DNA of 64,000 nucleotides, from positions 682,001 through 746,000 of the forward strand of contig NW_021825323.1 of NCBI RefSeq assembly GCF_006345805.1, in the 5' to 3' direction. This document shows positions 26,459 to 41,980 of this stretch, piece by piece. Position numbers and translations under genes: made by a program. Below the pieces are notes generated by a model. The model had not been told where the DNA came from and searched no databases. It worked only from the letters and a program-made list of their open reading frames with translations. Numbering within the stretch: position 1 is the first letter of the stretch; every line of letters starts with the position of its first letter. The stretch is from Octopus sinensis. Its lineage: Eukaryota.

Positions 26459-27779
26459 TCAAATAGCTTCTTTGCTAGCATTCCGATATCCAACTCCAAC
26501 ACAAGTATAGTACAACTTGTCACCCCCTTGTTGAATCTCCTTCTCTCTAATGACGTCAACCTTAAAACCCCTCCGAAAAAGTCTCGATATAGCCGAAGAC
26601 TACTAACACTGAAAAATAAACCCAATAAATAACGTGTAGGTGGAAGGAGGAGACATTAAAGCCTTAGAAACATCCGATTTATTCATCAACATCATCCAGC
26701 AAACCAAGAACTGATTTCCAGTGCACGTATATCCTCCCTTTATAAGTCAAATAATCCCCAACTTTGTAAATTTCGAAAATTAGGCGTTTTGCTGCCTCGT
26801 GTCCGACATCTTCCGGAGTGCTTGGATTCTCAACGCACTTCAAGTCAGAAAGACGTGGCTTTGAACATGCCTGGGCACAGTAGATAACTCCCGTGGTTGT
26901 CTCAGCCCACAAAGTCATACCAAATCCAGGGGAAGAACTGAATAATCAACAATACAAAAACCTTGTCTTATCTCCTTTGGTGTGGTGTGTATTAATATAT
27001 ATGTCGGGAATAAATTTATTCAATATCGACCGAGAAGAATAAAGAATTCGATTTGAAATTGTCGGAGAGACCCGAACAGTCCATCTTAAATATTTATTTA
27101 AAATATATTTACGCAATTCCTCTAATTCTCCGAACTTTCCCACAATCTACAAGTTGGAGTGGCCGGAAGGAAGAAAGCGGAGAGCAATTTAAGACAACCA
27201 GTCCTCCTCCATTGGGTTTAACTCCTCTTCTTTTAACGACAATTTCAATCAGAGAATCCCCGTCCCCCATAAACTTCTTCACCAAAGGCAAAGATGATTG
27301 AATCAAATAATCAACCTAATCCATAAAAGTTAGCAGAAATAAACAGAGGGGTCGTTGAAATCGTCAGTTACTCCCATAAGTGTCATCGAAAGGGGACTCT
27401 TTATGAAAGAAATTATCATAAGCATAAATTGAATATAATATCCAACACCACGTGACTTGGAACATTCATGTTCGAAATTTCCGCCAATTATTGTCCCAGG
27501 AGAAAAACTTAATTGAGTTCCTGAGATTTAAAGTAGTATTTTGTTACCAGTTTCGTCGATTTTAATGAATGTGCCATTTGTTAGTTTCTCGATTAGTTTT
27601 AATAAGTCAATTTGGTAATCTTTTCTTTGTGATATTAAATTACCTTGGAACATGACTTTAGTTTCATTTTGATTTTTCTGGTTAATTGTGATGTTTCTAC
27701 CACTGATAAGGGAGCATGCTAATTTAATCCGAAGCAAATTCGTATCTTGGTAATTGATAATATTTGATGAAATAAGCAT
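26459..27779 (-). CDS. RCL1: RNA 3'-terminal phosphate cyclase-like protein
   Basis: NLLRIKLACSLISGR, KLTNGTFIKIDETG, GVTDDFNDPSVD, KRRGVKPNGGG, SPGFG, YTCVGVGYRN; micro-introns. Confidence 0.93.
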
Positions 27780-28669
27780 GGCCCACCAACTACAATTAGA
27801 AAACACGTTTTTATTATAACAATATATTTAAAATACAATAATAAATTTTAACTATACATTTTTTAATTACTTGCATATTCTTAACTTAATTGATAACTTG
27901 TCTTCTGCAAACCTCGTCTGATTACACTGTGCCTACAATCATGCGCTAGAATCCCACTTTTAAAAACATACTTGGAATGAAAGCCCAAAGTCTTTACATT
28001 GTAACTGATTCAAATATGACGTTTTTCACTGTCTTCCTTCATGAATATCAGTTTCTGGAATATCTCGAAGCGACCAGTAATAGATGTCTGTTTCTTGATA
28101 GGCACTTACTTCTTACGTGATAGTTAATTTGGCGTTAATAAATAATAAAATGGAAAGTTTTTTACGTTTTAACGAATTCGATTTTATATATTTGTGTCAA
28201 AAAATTGTTGCTTGCAGACATAACGGATACTTTCATTTCAAATGACATGTAAATTGCCTATTAAAAAATTTTATCTAAGGTAATCCTGATTTATATTTTT
28301 CAATAATCATTCTCCTTTGAGAGTTAGTTTTATTTATTATTGTCTTTTGCTACTTTTTAAAACTTTCTGAACATGCTTCTGCTCGGTTTTTTTCTAATTT
28401 AAACAAGTCCCAAGTCCACGATTAACAACAATAATCATAATATTTTTATCAAAGTAATAGGCTGAATGCATGGGCATATTTATTATAGTCTACTCCAATT
28501 TGTGTCTAGAGTTAAATAAGAACAACTGATAATTTTGTTGATCATCTACCATAACTTTACTTTACTCTAAAAACCTGATAACTTTCACTTTTATTCTATA
28601 AATCAATTCAAGTCAGAATGTTAAGATAGCATAGTTTTTAAATAATTTGTTTGATAAAAGTTGGATAGT

Positions 28670-29092
28670 TTTATTTATTATTTATTATTTAAAGACCAAA
28701 CACGGGCAAAGCCAGTTAATTATAGTTATTCCCGTGATCGCCGATCCAAACGAGGGAGATCCTTCTGAAAGGTTCAATCCTTCCCGCAAGATCGGCCTGA
28801 GACGACGATGTCCAGGGTCTGAGAAGCTAAGAGTCCTCTTTCGGTAGGCATTAAGTGCCTCCTGAGCGTTGCCATATCCGAAGGAATTTCCAACTGACAT
28901 GGTGGACCCGTAACGCCACGCTAAGCCGAAAGGTAAGAGATCCCCATTTCCAACTGTGTCGTGCCAGAAGTACTCGTTGCCTCACGGGCAGGGGAACAAT
29001 AACGAGAATTAGCCCCAGGATGAAAACGGCCTCCTTTGGAATCGAACTCACGACCGTCCAAATCCATTATCCATAGCTTAGTCTTCAGCCAA
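28670..29092 (-). mobile_element. tRNA-derived SINE (subfamily A)
   Basis: High identity to 16362-16781; 7-bp TSD GGATAGT (28663-69, 29093-99); A and B boxes present. Confidence 0.92.
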
Positions 29093-29329
29093 GGATAGTA
29101 AAGATCTTTAAAATGTGTAAGTGCGACAAAACTTGCTTTGATTATTGCTAAATTTTTGTTTTTTTGATACTGTATTGTTTTCAATTTTTCTAGTTTTTTT
29201 TAAATTTTCAAGGAATACCGAATAAAAAAATCTTTTTTATCTACTTTCCAAAGTAACAACATATTCCAAAAAATCTTTGTTCATAAAAACGTGACCGCAA
29301 GTATTTTAATACTTAATGTGTTTTCCTCT

Positions 29330-30032
29330 TCCCTCATAGACTTCCAGAACCTTTTTTGTGAAAGCGCAAAACATATTTGGCCACAATTGTAGAATAACTC
29401 AAGCGCAAATACAGAATCAAAGAAACTGGGGACCTTGATTTGAACATACTGAGGGAAGTGCAGAAGAAGCGCTTGATTGAGCAAATAAGGAAAAAGCCAT
29501 TGCATGCAATTCTCTTCGAGTGTTTAAATGATCCTAACATCGATGTTGGTGAATCCTCTCATTGGTTATCTCGTGAAAATAACTCCCCCAGAACCGAGAG
29601 GGTTTCGTGTCTAATACAGGACCAGTCACTGTAACTCAGCCAGGAAGACAGTTGATCATTTAGCGACGAGGTGTGGTCGAATGCTAAATAGTGACTACTC
29701 AAGAAGACACAACGAAGTAGTGAAGTGTATACATTTGCATTTATACACGAAGTATAAAATAAAGAAATCCAGGGGGTTGAAAACTCATTCTGTTTAGTCA
29801 GTGGTTGCAAATAATATTGACGAGATTCGTGTGAATACGACAATCTGAGGATCGAGAATAACAAGCCAAACATCTTCATACTCGACAAAATGAGGAATAC
29901 AATCACGCTTATTGAGATTGGGATTACCTCCTAAAAAATCTAAAGCAAGTTGAGGTGGAAAAGCTCCATAGATACGATTTGCTTGCTAGTGAAGTGGAAG
30001 TAATCCACAACACAAAGGTAACTATACTACCA
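29330..30032 (+). mobile_element. R2/NeSL-like RLE retrotransposon 3' fragment, degenerate
   Basis: KKPLHAILF..SSHWLSRENNSPR, HCNSARKTVDHLATRCG..RRHNEVVKCIHL, NNKPNIF..LIEIGITS; stops and frameshifts. Confidence 0.85.
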
Positions 30033-30585
30033 CACCAATTTAATCGTACAGTAAACAAATAAGAGGGGATAATGTTGATCTAACTAAACATAAAATTTCA
30101 ATTTATCCCCTTAGCACTCCCCATATAAGGCAGAAGCAGAGGAACTGAAAAAGCTAATTAATCGGATTTGAGTTGAGACGAAAGGGAATTTTAAGTTCTT
30201 TTCTCGAACGTGTCAATAAAAATAAATTGAATTGAAGAATTTGCCTAGTTCATAAATAAAGCAATTTTTTAGTTTTATCGTTCTGTTTGTTAAATTTTTT
30301 TTTATTTGTATTTTTTTTGTATTCACACGCTATCCGAGGCTCATACTTTAAATAATTGATTTATAATTGTTTCAAATTAATATACTTAATTGTTTGTTAA
30401 AATGATATAAAATTGATCTTTATCCTTGAATTTGTTGTTTTAATGACAGAGTAACGTCACCGTGGTCCACCTTTCTACCCAACTAAAAAATGCTTTTCTC
30501 TTTCAAGATAAACAATCCTACTCATAAATTCGTTTCTGAAACAATTTTTTCAAAAAATGTTGGTTCTGAGATACATTTTCTAAAT

Positions 30586-31638
30586 CAGGTGTTCTCAACC
30601 GGGGCGAATCGCCCCCCTAGGGGCGAAAATTTGTGTACAGGGGGGCGATAATTTTTACAAGGGGCGATTTTAAAATAGCACGCTGTTTTTACATTCTTGT
30701 TTGGTATCTAAGATGTCTTCTCGCTCAAATAAGAAAAGTCGTCATTATCAAAACGAATATTTAAAATATGGGTTTATTCAAAGTACTGAAGATACAAAAC
30801 AGCCTTATTGTCTTATTTGTCAATGTTCTTTCTCAAATGAGGCGATGAAGCCTCACGATTACTGGATCATCTAAAACGCAAGCACCCCGGATAAAATGTC
30901 AAAGCCGATTGAATATTTTCAAATTTAAAATACAATTTTGAAAATAAGAAAACGATCAAATCGTAATTCACAAAGCCAGTACATGATGGTTATTTAACAC
31001 TTATTTATATGTGAGTTGTGGGTGCGCACATCGCTTCTTATAAAATTGCTGAATTATTGCGAAAACTTCCAGTTCTCATACTATCGCAGAAAATGCAATA
31101 ATTCCATCACTGGAAGTAATAATATCGGATGTAATGCATCAAGATGCTTCTAAAATATTAACAGTCTACCTCTTAGCAATGATTCGATTATTACTATTAT
31201 TATTTAAGCAAACAAAATCACCGTCTTAACCATTAACTAACACGTTCAGGTGATTCGTCAAAGAATTGATGAAATGGGTGACAATGTTAAGGAAATCCTT
31301 ATTGAAAGACTGAAGCGAAGTAAGTTTTCAGTACAAATTGATGAAAGCGTCATTGTAGATAGTAAAGCTGTTTTAATGGGATTTAAACCCGACATAGAAT
31401 TTTTAGCGAGTAAACATCAATATCAAAAGTCCTCACTATAATTTTTAATAGAAATTCAATTTTTTACATTTGATTATTATTTTATATTTTGATTTTTGAG
31501 TTATATACAAAAAACCACCAATTAAGGGACAATGCCCAAAAATTTTTAAATTGTAAGGACAAGGGGGCGATAAATTTCAAAGGGGGGCGATAAATATCAT
31601 AAGGGGGCGAATGAACAAAAAAAAGGTGAGAATGCATG
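30586..31638 (+). mobile_element. hAT deletion derivative retaining transposase N-terminus
   Basis: TIRs CAGGTGTTCTCAACC / GGTGAGAATGCATG; 8-bp TSD TTCTAAAT (30578-85, 31639-46); CLICQCSFSNEAMKP, ASYKIAE, RQRIDEM..FSVQIDES fused to KPDIEFLASKHQ; same family as 23995-24800. Confidence 0.93.
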
Positions 31639-31759
31639 TTCTAAATCACCAAATTAATTAATTATGATTGAAAGTAAAAACTTTTATACGTGTGAATAGT
31701 TGTTGAAGTTAAAAAAGTGTTTTAGCTTTTAGAACTAGTCCAAGATGACAATTATCCTC

Positions 31760-32330
31760 GTGATTGACATGTAAAAGGAATTTACTTCGGTCAATAAAAC
31801 CAAATTGCTACAAGTACTTGGAGGTTTATTAGACGACTTGAAAAAGAATAGTTAGGACAGTCATGTTAAAGACAAGCCTAACTGATGACTAGGGATGCAT
31901 TTTCGGAAAATATGAAACAACAATCGGTACTTCCCAAAGAGATCTAGTATCTCCTATTCTGCTTTTAATTTTTTTCTAGACTTGCGACAGTCTTTGAAAT
32001 AAAAACAAATATGATAGCTTATGTAAGTGATATTGATAGCCTTTATTCAAAAGACACAAGACAAGATATCAGACCGGCCACTAAAAGTGAAAATGGAAAA
32101 AACGGATATCATGGAACTGATTGAAAGAAATGATATGACAAAAGAATTCTAGCACAAAAATAAGAAACATCACAAGAAGGAAGACACGCACTTACGGCAC
32201 ACTATACAAACTGGAAAAGTCATGTCTCGTCCGCAGAGGACATTTTTACATGGACTGGTGAAAGGAATACTATTTATAACTCGAAAACCCGAGGTTGGAA
32301 AAGACAATTTTTTTAACAGAGATCAACTAA
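31760..32330 (+). mobile_element. Highly degenerate LINE RT remnant
   Basis: IDM..F, TTIGTSQRDLVSPIL and IAYVSDID resemble RT motifs; many stops. Confidence 0.45.
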
Positions 32331-32550
32331 AATTAGTTATGTCTTTAAAAATTAAACTAAAATGCCGCCGGGAATCCTCTAAAAACAAATACTAACATTA
32401 AATATCTCAAGAAAAGATACAAAAATGCACTCCAAATAAGAATATTGATAAACTTAACTAATCACTATTACAATTAACAGAAAAAGGTAAGTCAAATTAA
32501 ATGTAATAAAAATAGTCAGTCTAAACACAAAACCAGGAAGATGTATTAAT

Positions 32551-33646
32551 TCACGCTTTGGGAAGTGGTCTGACATTCTTAGACCGAATAAAGAAACCTA
32601 TACTGTCCAACAACCAGAGCGTGATCGCGTTCAAATGGCTCAAGTGTAATCTGTTCTATCGGCTTTATCTTCTCAGATCTTAATTTGTTGACTTCTGAAG
32701 CAAACACAGCTTCAGGCTCAGCAGTAGAATCAATGCAGTTAGCCTAAAAATAACCAAATCATAAACCTTAATAGAAATAACAACATTTCCAGTATTTTTC
32801 AAAAAATGGTGGGCATTGATCGCCACAATTCTAGCCTGATCTGGCTGAGCCACATCTGCGAAAATAGTATCTACCATCCCTATTTATACTCAACAAACAA
32901 CAAAACCAACAACCATCCTGTATTTGTGTGGGTGGCGAGCATCCTCAATAATGGGGACCACATTTGTCCTCTTCATTGCCATTGCCAACAAATCACGGCC
33001 ACACCGAACAGAAAATTCAACCGCATAAACCAAGCCCTCCTTTAAAAATAGCAATAAAATTAATTACAGGCCCTACAATGTCAGACACGTGAGAAACAGT
33101 CGTCCCCGAGGCAGCTCCTAAGTATAGGACTTTATTTCCGGGATTAATGTTTATTTGACCTATCCCTCCAAGAATTCCCGCCGCCAATTTGGACCGAAAT
33201 GGATTCCAGGCTCGATATTCAAGTTTATCACCCGTTTCAGTCTAAAATGATAGGAAATTGAGTACTCGGACGCTGATTCGTTTTTCGCCATACACATCAT
33301 GGCCTGGAACTAAACTTTTTGTTAACAATACGTCATCTTTCTGCCTAGCGATAAAAATTCCTATAAAAATATATAATTAGATAGTCTACCAGGAAGTCGA
33401 TGATCTTCGACCATGACTTTACTTCCACCGCGGAAACCACCACGACCTCCTCCTCGACCGCGGCCACCTCCACGTCCACGAGAAGAATTCAAATTTCCGC
33501 GTCCTGCATTGGAATTGTTCCCACCACCACGACCTCCTCTTCCAGAAAATGAATTGCCTTAATTAAATTAAAATATTTTAGAAATAGATAATTCATAGAA
33601 TTTAATTATAATTCTGTTAACAAAGTAACAACAAACCTCTTCTCAT
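32551..33646 (-). CDS. FBL: Fibrillarin (rRNA 2'-O-methyltransferase)
   Basis: RGG-rich N-terminus, [63 protein letters not shown]; 23-29 nt introns plus an ~85-nt first intron. Confidence 0.97.
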
Positions 33647-34168
33647 TTGCACGAGTATTTAAATGATTTTTTAAAAATAATTTTAATCGGAAAATAAATT
33701 TACTTTTAGTCCAAGAATTTTGTAAAAACTAAAAGACTATCATTTATAACTAAAACTAATGTGCTTTGTCATATTTTTTTGTCAGTCGTGAATAGAGTGG
33801 TCATGTATTTTTCGGCGCTTAGGTTCAGCTGATTTGTACATAGCCAAGAGAATGTGTTGTTAATATTTTCCTAAAGTCTTTGAATTGCTATGAGTATATT
33901 TTGGTCCCGTGATTTTATGATGATATCATTAGCAAATAAACAATATATTGCTGCCTGTGAAATTTTATAACTTAAAATGAATACCTTTGGATTTATCTTT
34001 GATTTAATTACTTTAAAATGATGATAAATTTAAAAAATTGATATTTCAAAAAACGTTATCAGAATATTATAACAGGAACACTATTTAATTAATAATTGTG
34101 TCATCTTTAAACTTTAATTTTTAAAATTATTAAAATTGATTTATCGGTTGAGATTGGTTTCCATTTAA

Positions 34169-36023
<1,855 letters not shown>

Positions 36024-36132
36024 ACCATCTTAATTGATAACTACTTATACTTCGCTAATCTTTTTTTCAAATTTTAATTTTTTAATCTCAATAAAATGAT
36101 TTTTCCGTGCAAGCTAATTTATAGTTTATATA

Positions 36133-39100
36133 AGGTCAACCCTCTATTTATTGCTACCAACGGGACAGACCAAAATAGTGCCAAAAGGCGAGGTGGTAAA
36201 AAAAGAGGTTTAAAGCTTGAATGGCATCTTATCGTGTTTTTTTAATTAGTTTGTTATTTTTTGTTTCTATGGGTTTATTAGTCAAAATAATGAAAATAAG
36301 TTTATATTTGAGAATATTTTTAGGAACAACAGTTAGATAATCTAATAATGTTTTTTTTCTTTTTCTCATTTTCTTGTTTAGTATGTTTTCGATAGTTTTC
36401 AATGCAACTAAGCAAGCATTCGAAAAATGTTCAAGCCCTACAAAAACTGTTTTGAAATTGTTGAAGTTATTCACAGCATCTTCCAATACAATTTTTAAAT
36501 TTTCAGTATCTTCATTTTTGGTATCTTCATTTTCGTTTCACATTCCTCCAAGTTTTCGTCATTGTTAAGAATGTTGCCGTCAATAAGCCAATCTTTTATT
36601 CTTTAGTCGATCTCTAGGATTTCTTCTTGATCAGCTACATCAATAATGTTTAGTTCATTTAACAATTTTCCAAATCCCTCAATTTCGCACGAAAAATCAT
36701 CAATAATTCTACTCGTGAGGCCTTTTTTATTCCTGAAATTGTTGATAGTCTTAGAAGAAATGTGATTCCAAGCATATGATGTAAAAATTACTGCATCTTT
36801 TATATTAATCTGTTTAAATAGCGATTCAGCAGTCATTTGGAATCAGTTTCGTTCACAATATGAGAGAGTTGGTAATGATAATGTTGAGACTTCAAGCACT
36901 TAATTATTCCTGAGTCTAATGGTTGTAATTTTGTTGTTGAGTTGTTTTGGAGTTAATAAAAGAGTGCGGTTTTATCACAGTTAAATATGTCTGAAGGTCT
37001 GCATAAAATAAATTTTTCTTGAGAGTATAAAATAAAGTCATCATAGTTACAATCTTTTTTTTAAATCCTCTGACATTGCATACTCTCATATGAATATTGC
37101 GACATCCAGCCATTAGATGCTTTAAATATATCAGTTTCATTTGAATTAGAACACACATTTCCATTTTCGTATAATGACTTTGCTTCCATCATTATAAAAG
37201 CCACCATCAGCTTCAACAATATCGAGCCATTCCTTTAGCTCCGAGTCAATAGTTTTGTATTTCAAATTTCGTGGTATAGAGTTCAAATTTTCATTTAGAG
37301 CAAAAGTTTTTTGAGCTCTACTTCATTATCGAAATAATTTTTAATAGATCGCCGTTTGATTTCCTTCTTGAATTATTATTATTATTATTAGAACCAAGAT
37401 CACCGTCCAAAAACATAAAACTAATTAATCAGGTGATCCCGGCTTCTCTGAGGAGGGTCCTCAACTTTGCCCGGTGCTCCTCCCTTGTCCCGGCACAATT
37501 TCTGTGAGGGCGCGGTGGTGGTGTTTTAGGCCCTGTAGCCCCGAGGTTTCTTCTCAAGATTTCATTAAATGGGGCGATGAGTAGATGTTCGTTCGGTCCC
37601 TGCAGTGCTTTTCGGAAGCGATCTTGAGTTTTCCCGATTTTAGCGCGGTTCGTTCCGCTGATAAACCCTCCCCACGCCTCACAAGCATAGCTAAGGGAGG
37701 GTTCGATGAATTGCCAGTATAAGGCTTGTCGTGCGGGGAAGCTGATACACTGTCTGCATTTACGAGGAAACACTTTTAAGATGTTCAGTTTCTTCATGCA
37801 CCTCGTAGTAATATTATCGACTTGTTGAGAGAAACACATATGACTGTCGTAAGTCACCCCGAGGATTTTCTGAGATTTTTGAAACGGGATTTCCATGTTA
37901 TTTAGGTACAGGTTCACCACCGTTTTCCCAAGCTTCCTTGCTGAGGTCATAAGCGTGGTGACCGATTTTTCCGGACTCGTTGATAGTCGGTTTAGCGAGA
38001 GCCAACTTTCGAGATTGTTAAGGTGGTTCTGCAGTTTTGTACTCGCCGTGTTCACCTCACGGCTCCGGGTAGCAATTACGATATCGTCAGCGTATGATAA
38101 AATGATTGAGTCTTTGTCGTTTGGTAGCGGTAGATCCGATAAGAATAAGTTGAACAGGGCTGGTGAAAAGGGGGAGCCTTGAGGGACCCCGTTTAAAAAG
38201 TATCGAGACATCGATCTTGTATTGTTTTGTTGGATTCTGCCTCTTCGGCCGCTGAGGAAGTTAGCTAGCCACATTTTCAGTCTTGGGTGAATTCCACTAA
38301 GGTATATTTTCCTGTTCAGTATTTTTCTGGGAACGGAGTCAAAAGCCTTATGGATATCCACTGAGCACATAACCGTTTTTGGTTATACGGTTTGGTAGAT
38401 AGTCCATCTGAGATGAAGTTCGTCAAAGTGACAAGGTGCGAGGTGGTTGATTTACCACATTTAAATCCATGTTGAAAGTCCAAATCCGGGAGATATTGTT
38501 TGATGTGGTTGAGTATAAGTTTTTCCAGAACTTTGGAAAGGACGCAGAGGAGAGATATTGGCCTGTAGGACGCCGGGTTGTCTTTTGGTCTCCCTGGTTT
38601 CAGAATAGGGCGAATGTGTGCCATTTTCCATAGTGTGGGTATTGCGTTGTTGTTTATAGAAAAGTTGTAAATTTGACAGAGAGCTGATATTGCCACCGGT
38701 CCTAGGTTTTTCACCAGGATAGTAGGAATTCCGTCAGGTCCACAAGAGCCAGTGCTTCTTAAATTTCTGATGGTCTGAGACATCTCCTCTTGAGTGAGGA
38801 TAATCATGTCCCGACATCTTCGAGGTTTCAACGACTTCAAGCGTGGTCCATCGTATTTCCTGTGGGGGATGTTGCTGATCCCAGCGTAAAACTTTATCAG
38901 TTTGTTGGTGAAGGGAACCGCATTATCCTCACCCGATTCAAATCTCTCAGGGTTTGTGAATCTTCTTAGGGAAGCCCATACTTTTGTTAGTGGGACCTCC
39001 GCATTTAATCCTCTGGCGAACTTTTCGGCCCTCCCGTACCGTTTGTCTTTTGCAGATTGTTTTATGACTTTGTTCAGTAGTCTGATCCGATGCCGGTTAT

Positions 39101-39847
39101 CTTTTGTAAGATGAGAGCGACCTTTCAATGAGTTTCGTTCCTCGATTAGAGGTAGAATCCCCGACGGAAATTTTCTTACTGGTTTTGGGTAAATTTTCCT
39201 CATTCTTAAGAATAATTTTCTTCCAATCAAAATTGTTCGGTAGAAGTGCTTGAGGGCGTTGTCGATCGAGTCGAAATTATGTACATCAAAGTTAACCAGT
39301 GCTTTGTCAATGGAATAGGCAAAATTGACCCAATCTGCGTGCTTGTAGTCGTATTTCAGGTTGTGGAGCCCCTTTCTAATGGGCAATTTGACTTGGACTT
39401 TTATAATTAGCGGATTGTGATTGCTCCGTAGATCGTAGGTAACGCCCCATTTGACCAGAGGTGCGAGGTTGGAAGAGCAGAGGGTCAGAAAAGGCGAATC
39501 ACACGACGCATTTCCTTCTTGAATAGCAAGGAAAATATTTTGGAAACTCTGGTATGTTTTATAAGTTTGTTTTTTTACAATATTAATAGCGAATAATAGC
39601 GATTTTCTCTTTTAATAGCGATCTGAGATTCCAAGCGATTGTTAATTATCAGGGACATTGTTTTTTTAATAGAAATAACCTGTATTTTGATAAACTTACT
39701 TATAAAAAACACAATGCCTGAAAAAAGTGGTAAAAATACAAAATGGTCAAAAATAAAAAAACATAAGGGAAAAACAGAATTTCCATTTTTCAGTAAAAAA
39801 AGAAGAGTGACAAACCATAGAGGTGGTAAATTAGAGAGGCTTGACTG
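36133..39847 (-). mobile_element. Degenerate pogo/Tigger-like element interrupted by a LINE
   Basis: Imperfect TIRs AGGTCAACCCTCTATTT / rc CAGTCAAGCCTCTCTAAT with TA flanks; FKASNGW (CENP-B HTH), INIKDAVIFTSYAW..ISSKTI (DDE_1 C-terminus). Confidence 0.75.
37374..39509 (-). mobile_element. 5'-truncated APE-type LINE (I/Jockey-like RT), young
   Basis: 15-bp TSD ATTTCCTTCTTGAAT (37359-73, 39510-24); (TAA)n tail; SCGPDGIP, YRPISLL, QHGFK, DIHKAFDSV, GVPQGSPFSP, YADD, LGVTYD; single frameshift near 38376-80. Confidence 0.95.
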
Positions 39848-40429
39848 TATTATAACTATATTTTGATCTTAAGATATTCGGAAAAGCAAAGTAGTCTATA
39901 TTATTTCAGGTTTAACGCGGGTCTTAGCAAAATCAAAATGGAGCAATAAAATCTTGATAATAAAATGGTATGGTGTGTCTGTGCACACTTAACCAACTTA
40001 AAATTAGCAAAATATAGATAAATTGTGAAAATTCATTCCCCTTATAATTAGCTAATAATGTGGAGCAAGTACAAAATGATGAAGTTTTCCGAGGACCTTC
40101 CACCCAAAAATCTAAAATATCCTTGATGATAAGGTCCTTTAAATCTTTCCGGCAAAAAAATTATTTTCTGCATTTTTCTGCATTTTCGACAAACGTGACG
40201 AGGTTCTTAAACAGATTAAAATTGTTAATATAAAATTTTAGTAACAAAGACATCGATTAGAAAGTGGCGTGATATTGGATATTTAAGAAATATAGATTTA
40301 AAATAAAAAAAAATATATTTCAACAACGAATTTTGTATATTAAAGACAATTAAAAAATGACATTTGGGACTTCATTTTGTTTTTAAGTATCATTTGATTA
40401 GTTTCACTAGAAAAGAAAAAGCTTATTGA

Positions 40430-40610
40430 CGGATAGCCCAGGCATTACCCCAGATTATAGCGAGAAAGACTCTTTCGGCCAAATACCAGTTCTAAATGGC
40501 TCCAAGGGTTTCGAGTGATATTTTTATGTTCTGTGAAGTAAACAGAGTTTACACACGTGAGGTCCCAACTCTTTCCCGTTTGAAAAGGAAGATTTAAAGG
40601 TTGGCATTTT
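40430..40610 (-). mobile_element. CRE-like RLE 3' fragment with internal deletions
   Basis: FSNGK..WDLTCVN, SLETLG, VFLAIIWGNAWAI. Confidence 0.55.
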
Positions 40611-40719
40611 TGATGCTAAAGAAACCCTAAAGCTAAAATAAAAAAACTAATTTTAATAAAAATATATCTTTACTTAAATAATTAGTTTTTATTTATATTT
40701 CTAGTTATTATTTTATTAC

Positions 40720-41980
40720 ATGCTACGTCTAAATTTAACCACAAGTTCTCTTCGGCGTTGCTTACTTAGCAATGTTACTGAGCACACATTCAAGACGAAG
40801 GTACCACAGATCTAATACATTCCGACTAGCCATACAAACTACACAGACTGGAAGCCTCTCCTTCCGAGGAGAGTACTGTCTCTAGGGCTGATGCTCTGAA
40901 AATGTATGAACAAATGACCATCATACGTCGAATAGAGTCAGAATCCGCTACGCTTTATAAAGACAAACTAATTAAAGGATTCCTTCATCTTTATTCCGGC
41001 CAGGTTGTGCATAAATCGAATATCTCTTGAAGGAAGCTTGTGCGGTTGGAATTGAGGCAATGTTAAAAGAGAACGATGCTGTGATAACCGCATATCGCGT
41101 TCACGGATTTGCATATCTTCGAGGACTTTCCGTCCGGTCTATAATTGCAGAGCTCTTGGGTCGTGACACGGGTTGTTCTCGTGGAAAGGGTGGATCAATG
41201 CACATGTACACGGACACTCTTTTTGGTGGAAATGGAATTGTGGGGGCACAGGTCCCGGTCGGAACAGGAGTAGCTTTTGCTATGAAATATCGGAATGAAG
41301 ATTGCGTGTGTGTCAATCTATATGGAGATGGAGCAGCAAATCAGGGACAAGTCTTTGAGGCGTTCAATATGGCGATGCTATGGAAACTTCCTTGCATATT
41401 TGTATGCGAGAATAATCGATATGGGATGGGGACTGCAGTGGAACGAGCCTCATATTGTACAGACTACTACACTAGAGGAGATTATGTCCCTGGAATTTGG
41501 GTATTTTTATCAGGAATGGTCATCAAATAGCTTGACGGGATGGATTTGTTTTCTGTGATTGAAGGGATGAGATATGCTGTAGATTACTGCCGTAGTGGGA
41601 AGGGGCCTATTGTTGTGGAAATGGACACATACCGTTATTTTGGACACAGCATGAGTGATCCGGGCACTAGGTATGCCATAAAGATGGTAAATATAGTTAC
41701 CGTACACGAGATGAAGTCCAGACAGTGCGGAAGCAGTCTGACCCGATTCTACAATTGCGGGACAAGCTTATCCACTCGAATATTTCTACAAGTCAAGAGT
41801 TGAACGTTCTAAAAATGCATTTGTTTAATAGTTTAGGAAATAGAGAAGAGGTGTAAGATGGAAGTGGCTGATAGTGTGAAACTAGCATTGAGTGATCCAT
41901 TTCCTGACAAAAATGAGTTATTTACTAACATTTACAATTCGCCTATTCCTGGCACGTGCTTTCGTAACTGTAACAATTAG
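40720..41980 (+). CDS. PDHA1: Pyruvate dehydrogenase E1 alpha, mitochondrial
   Basis: [76 protein letters not shown]; micro-introns. Confidence 0.97.

Noticed and set aside
27890-28110. Possible piggyBac remnant
   Set aside because: Only a vague GTV..R motif; no TTAA/TIR evidence.
33551-33636. snoRNA in the longer first intron of fibrillarin
   Set aside because: No C/D or H/ACA boxes visible; very AT-rich.
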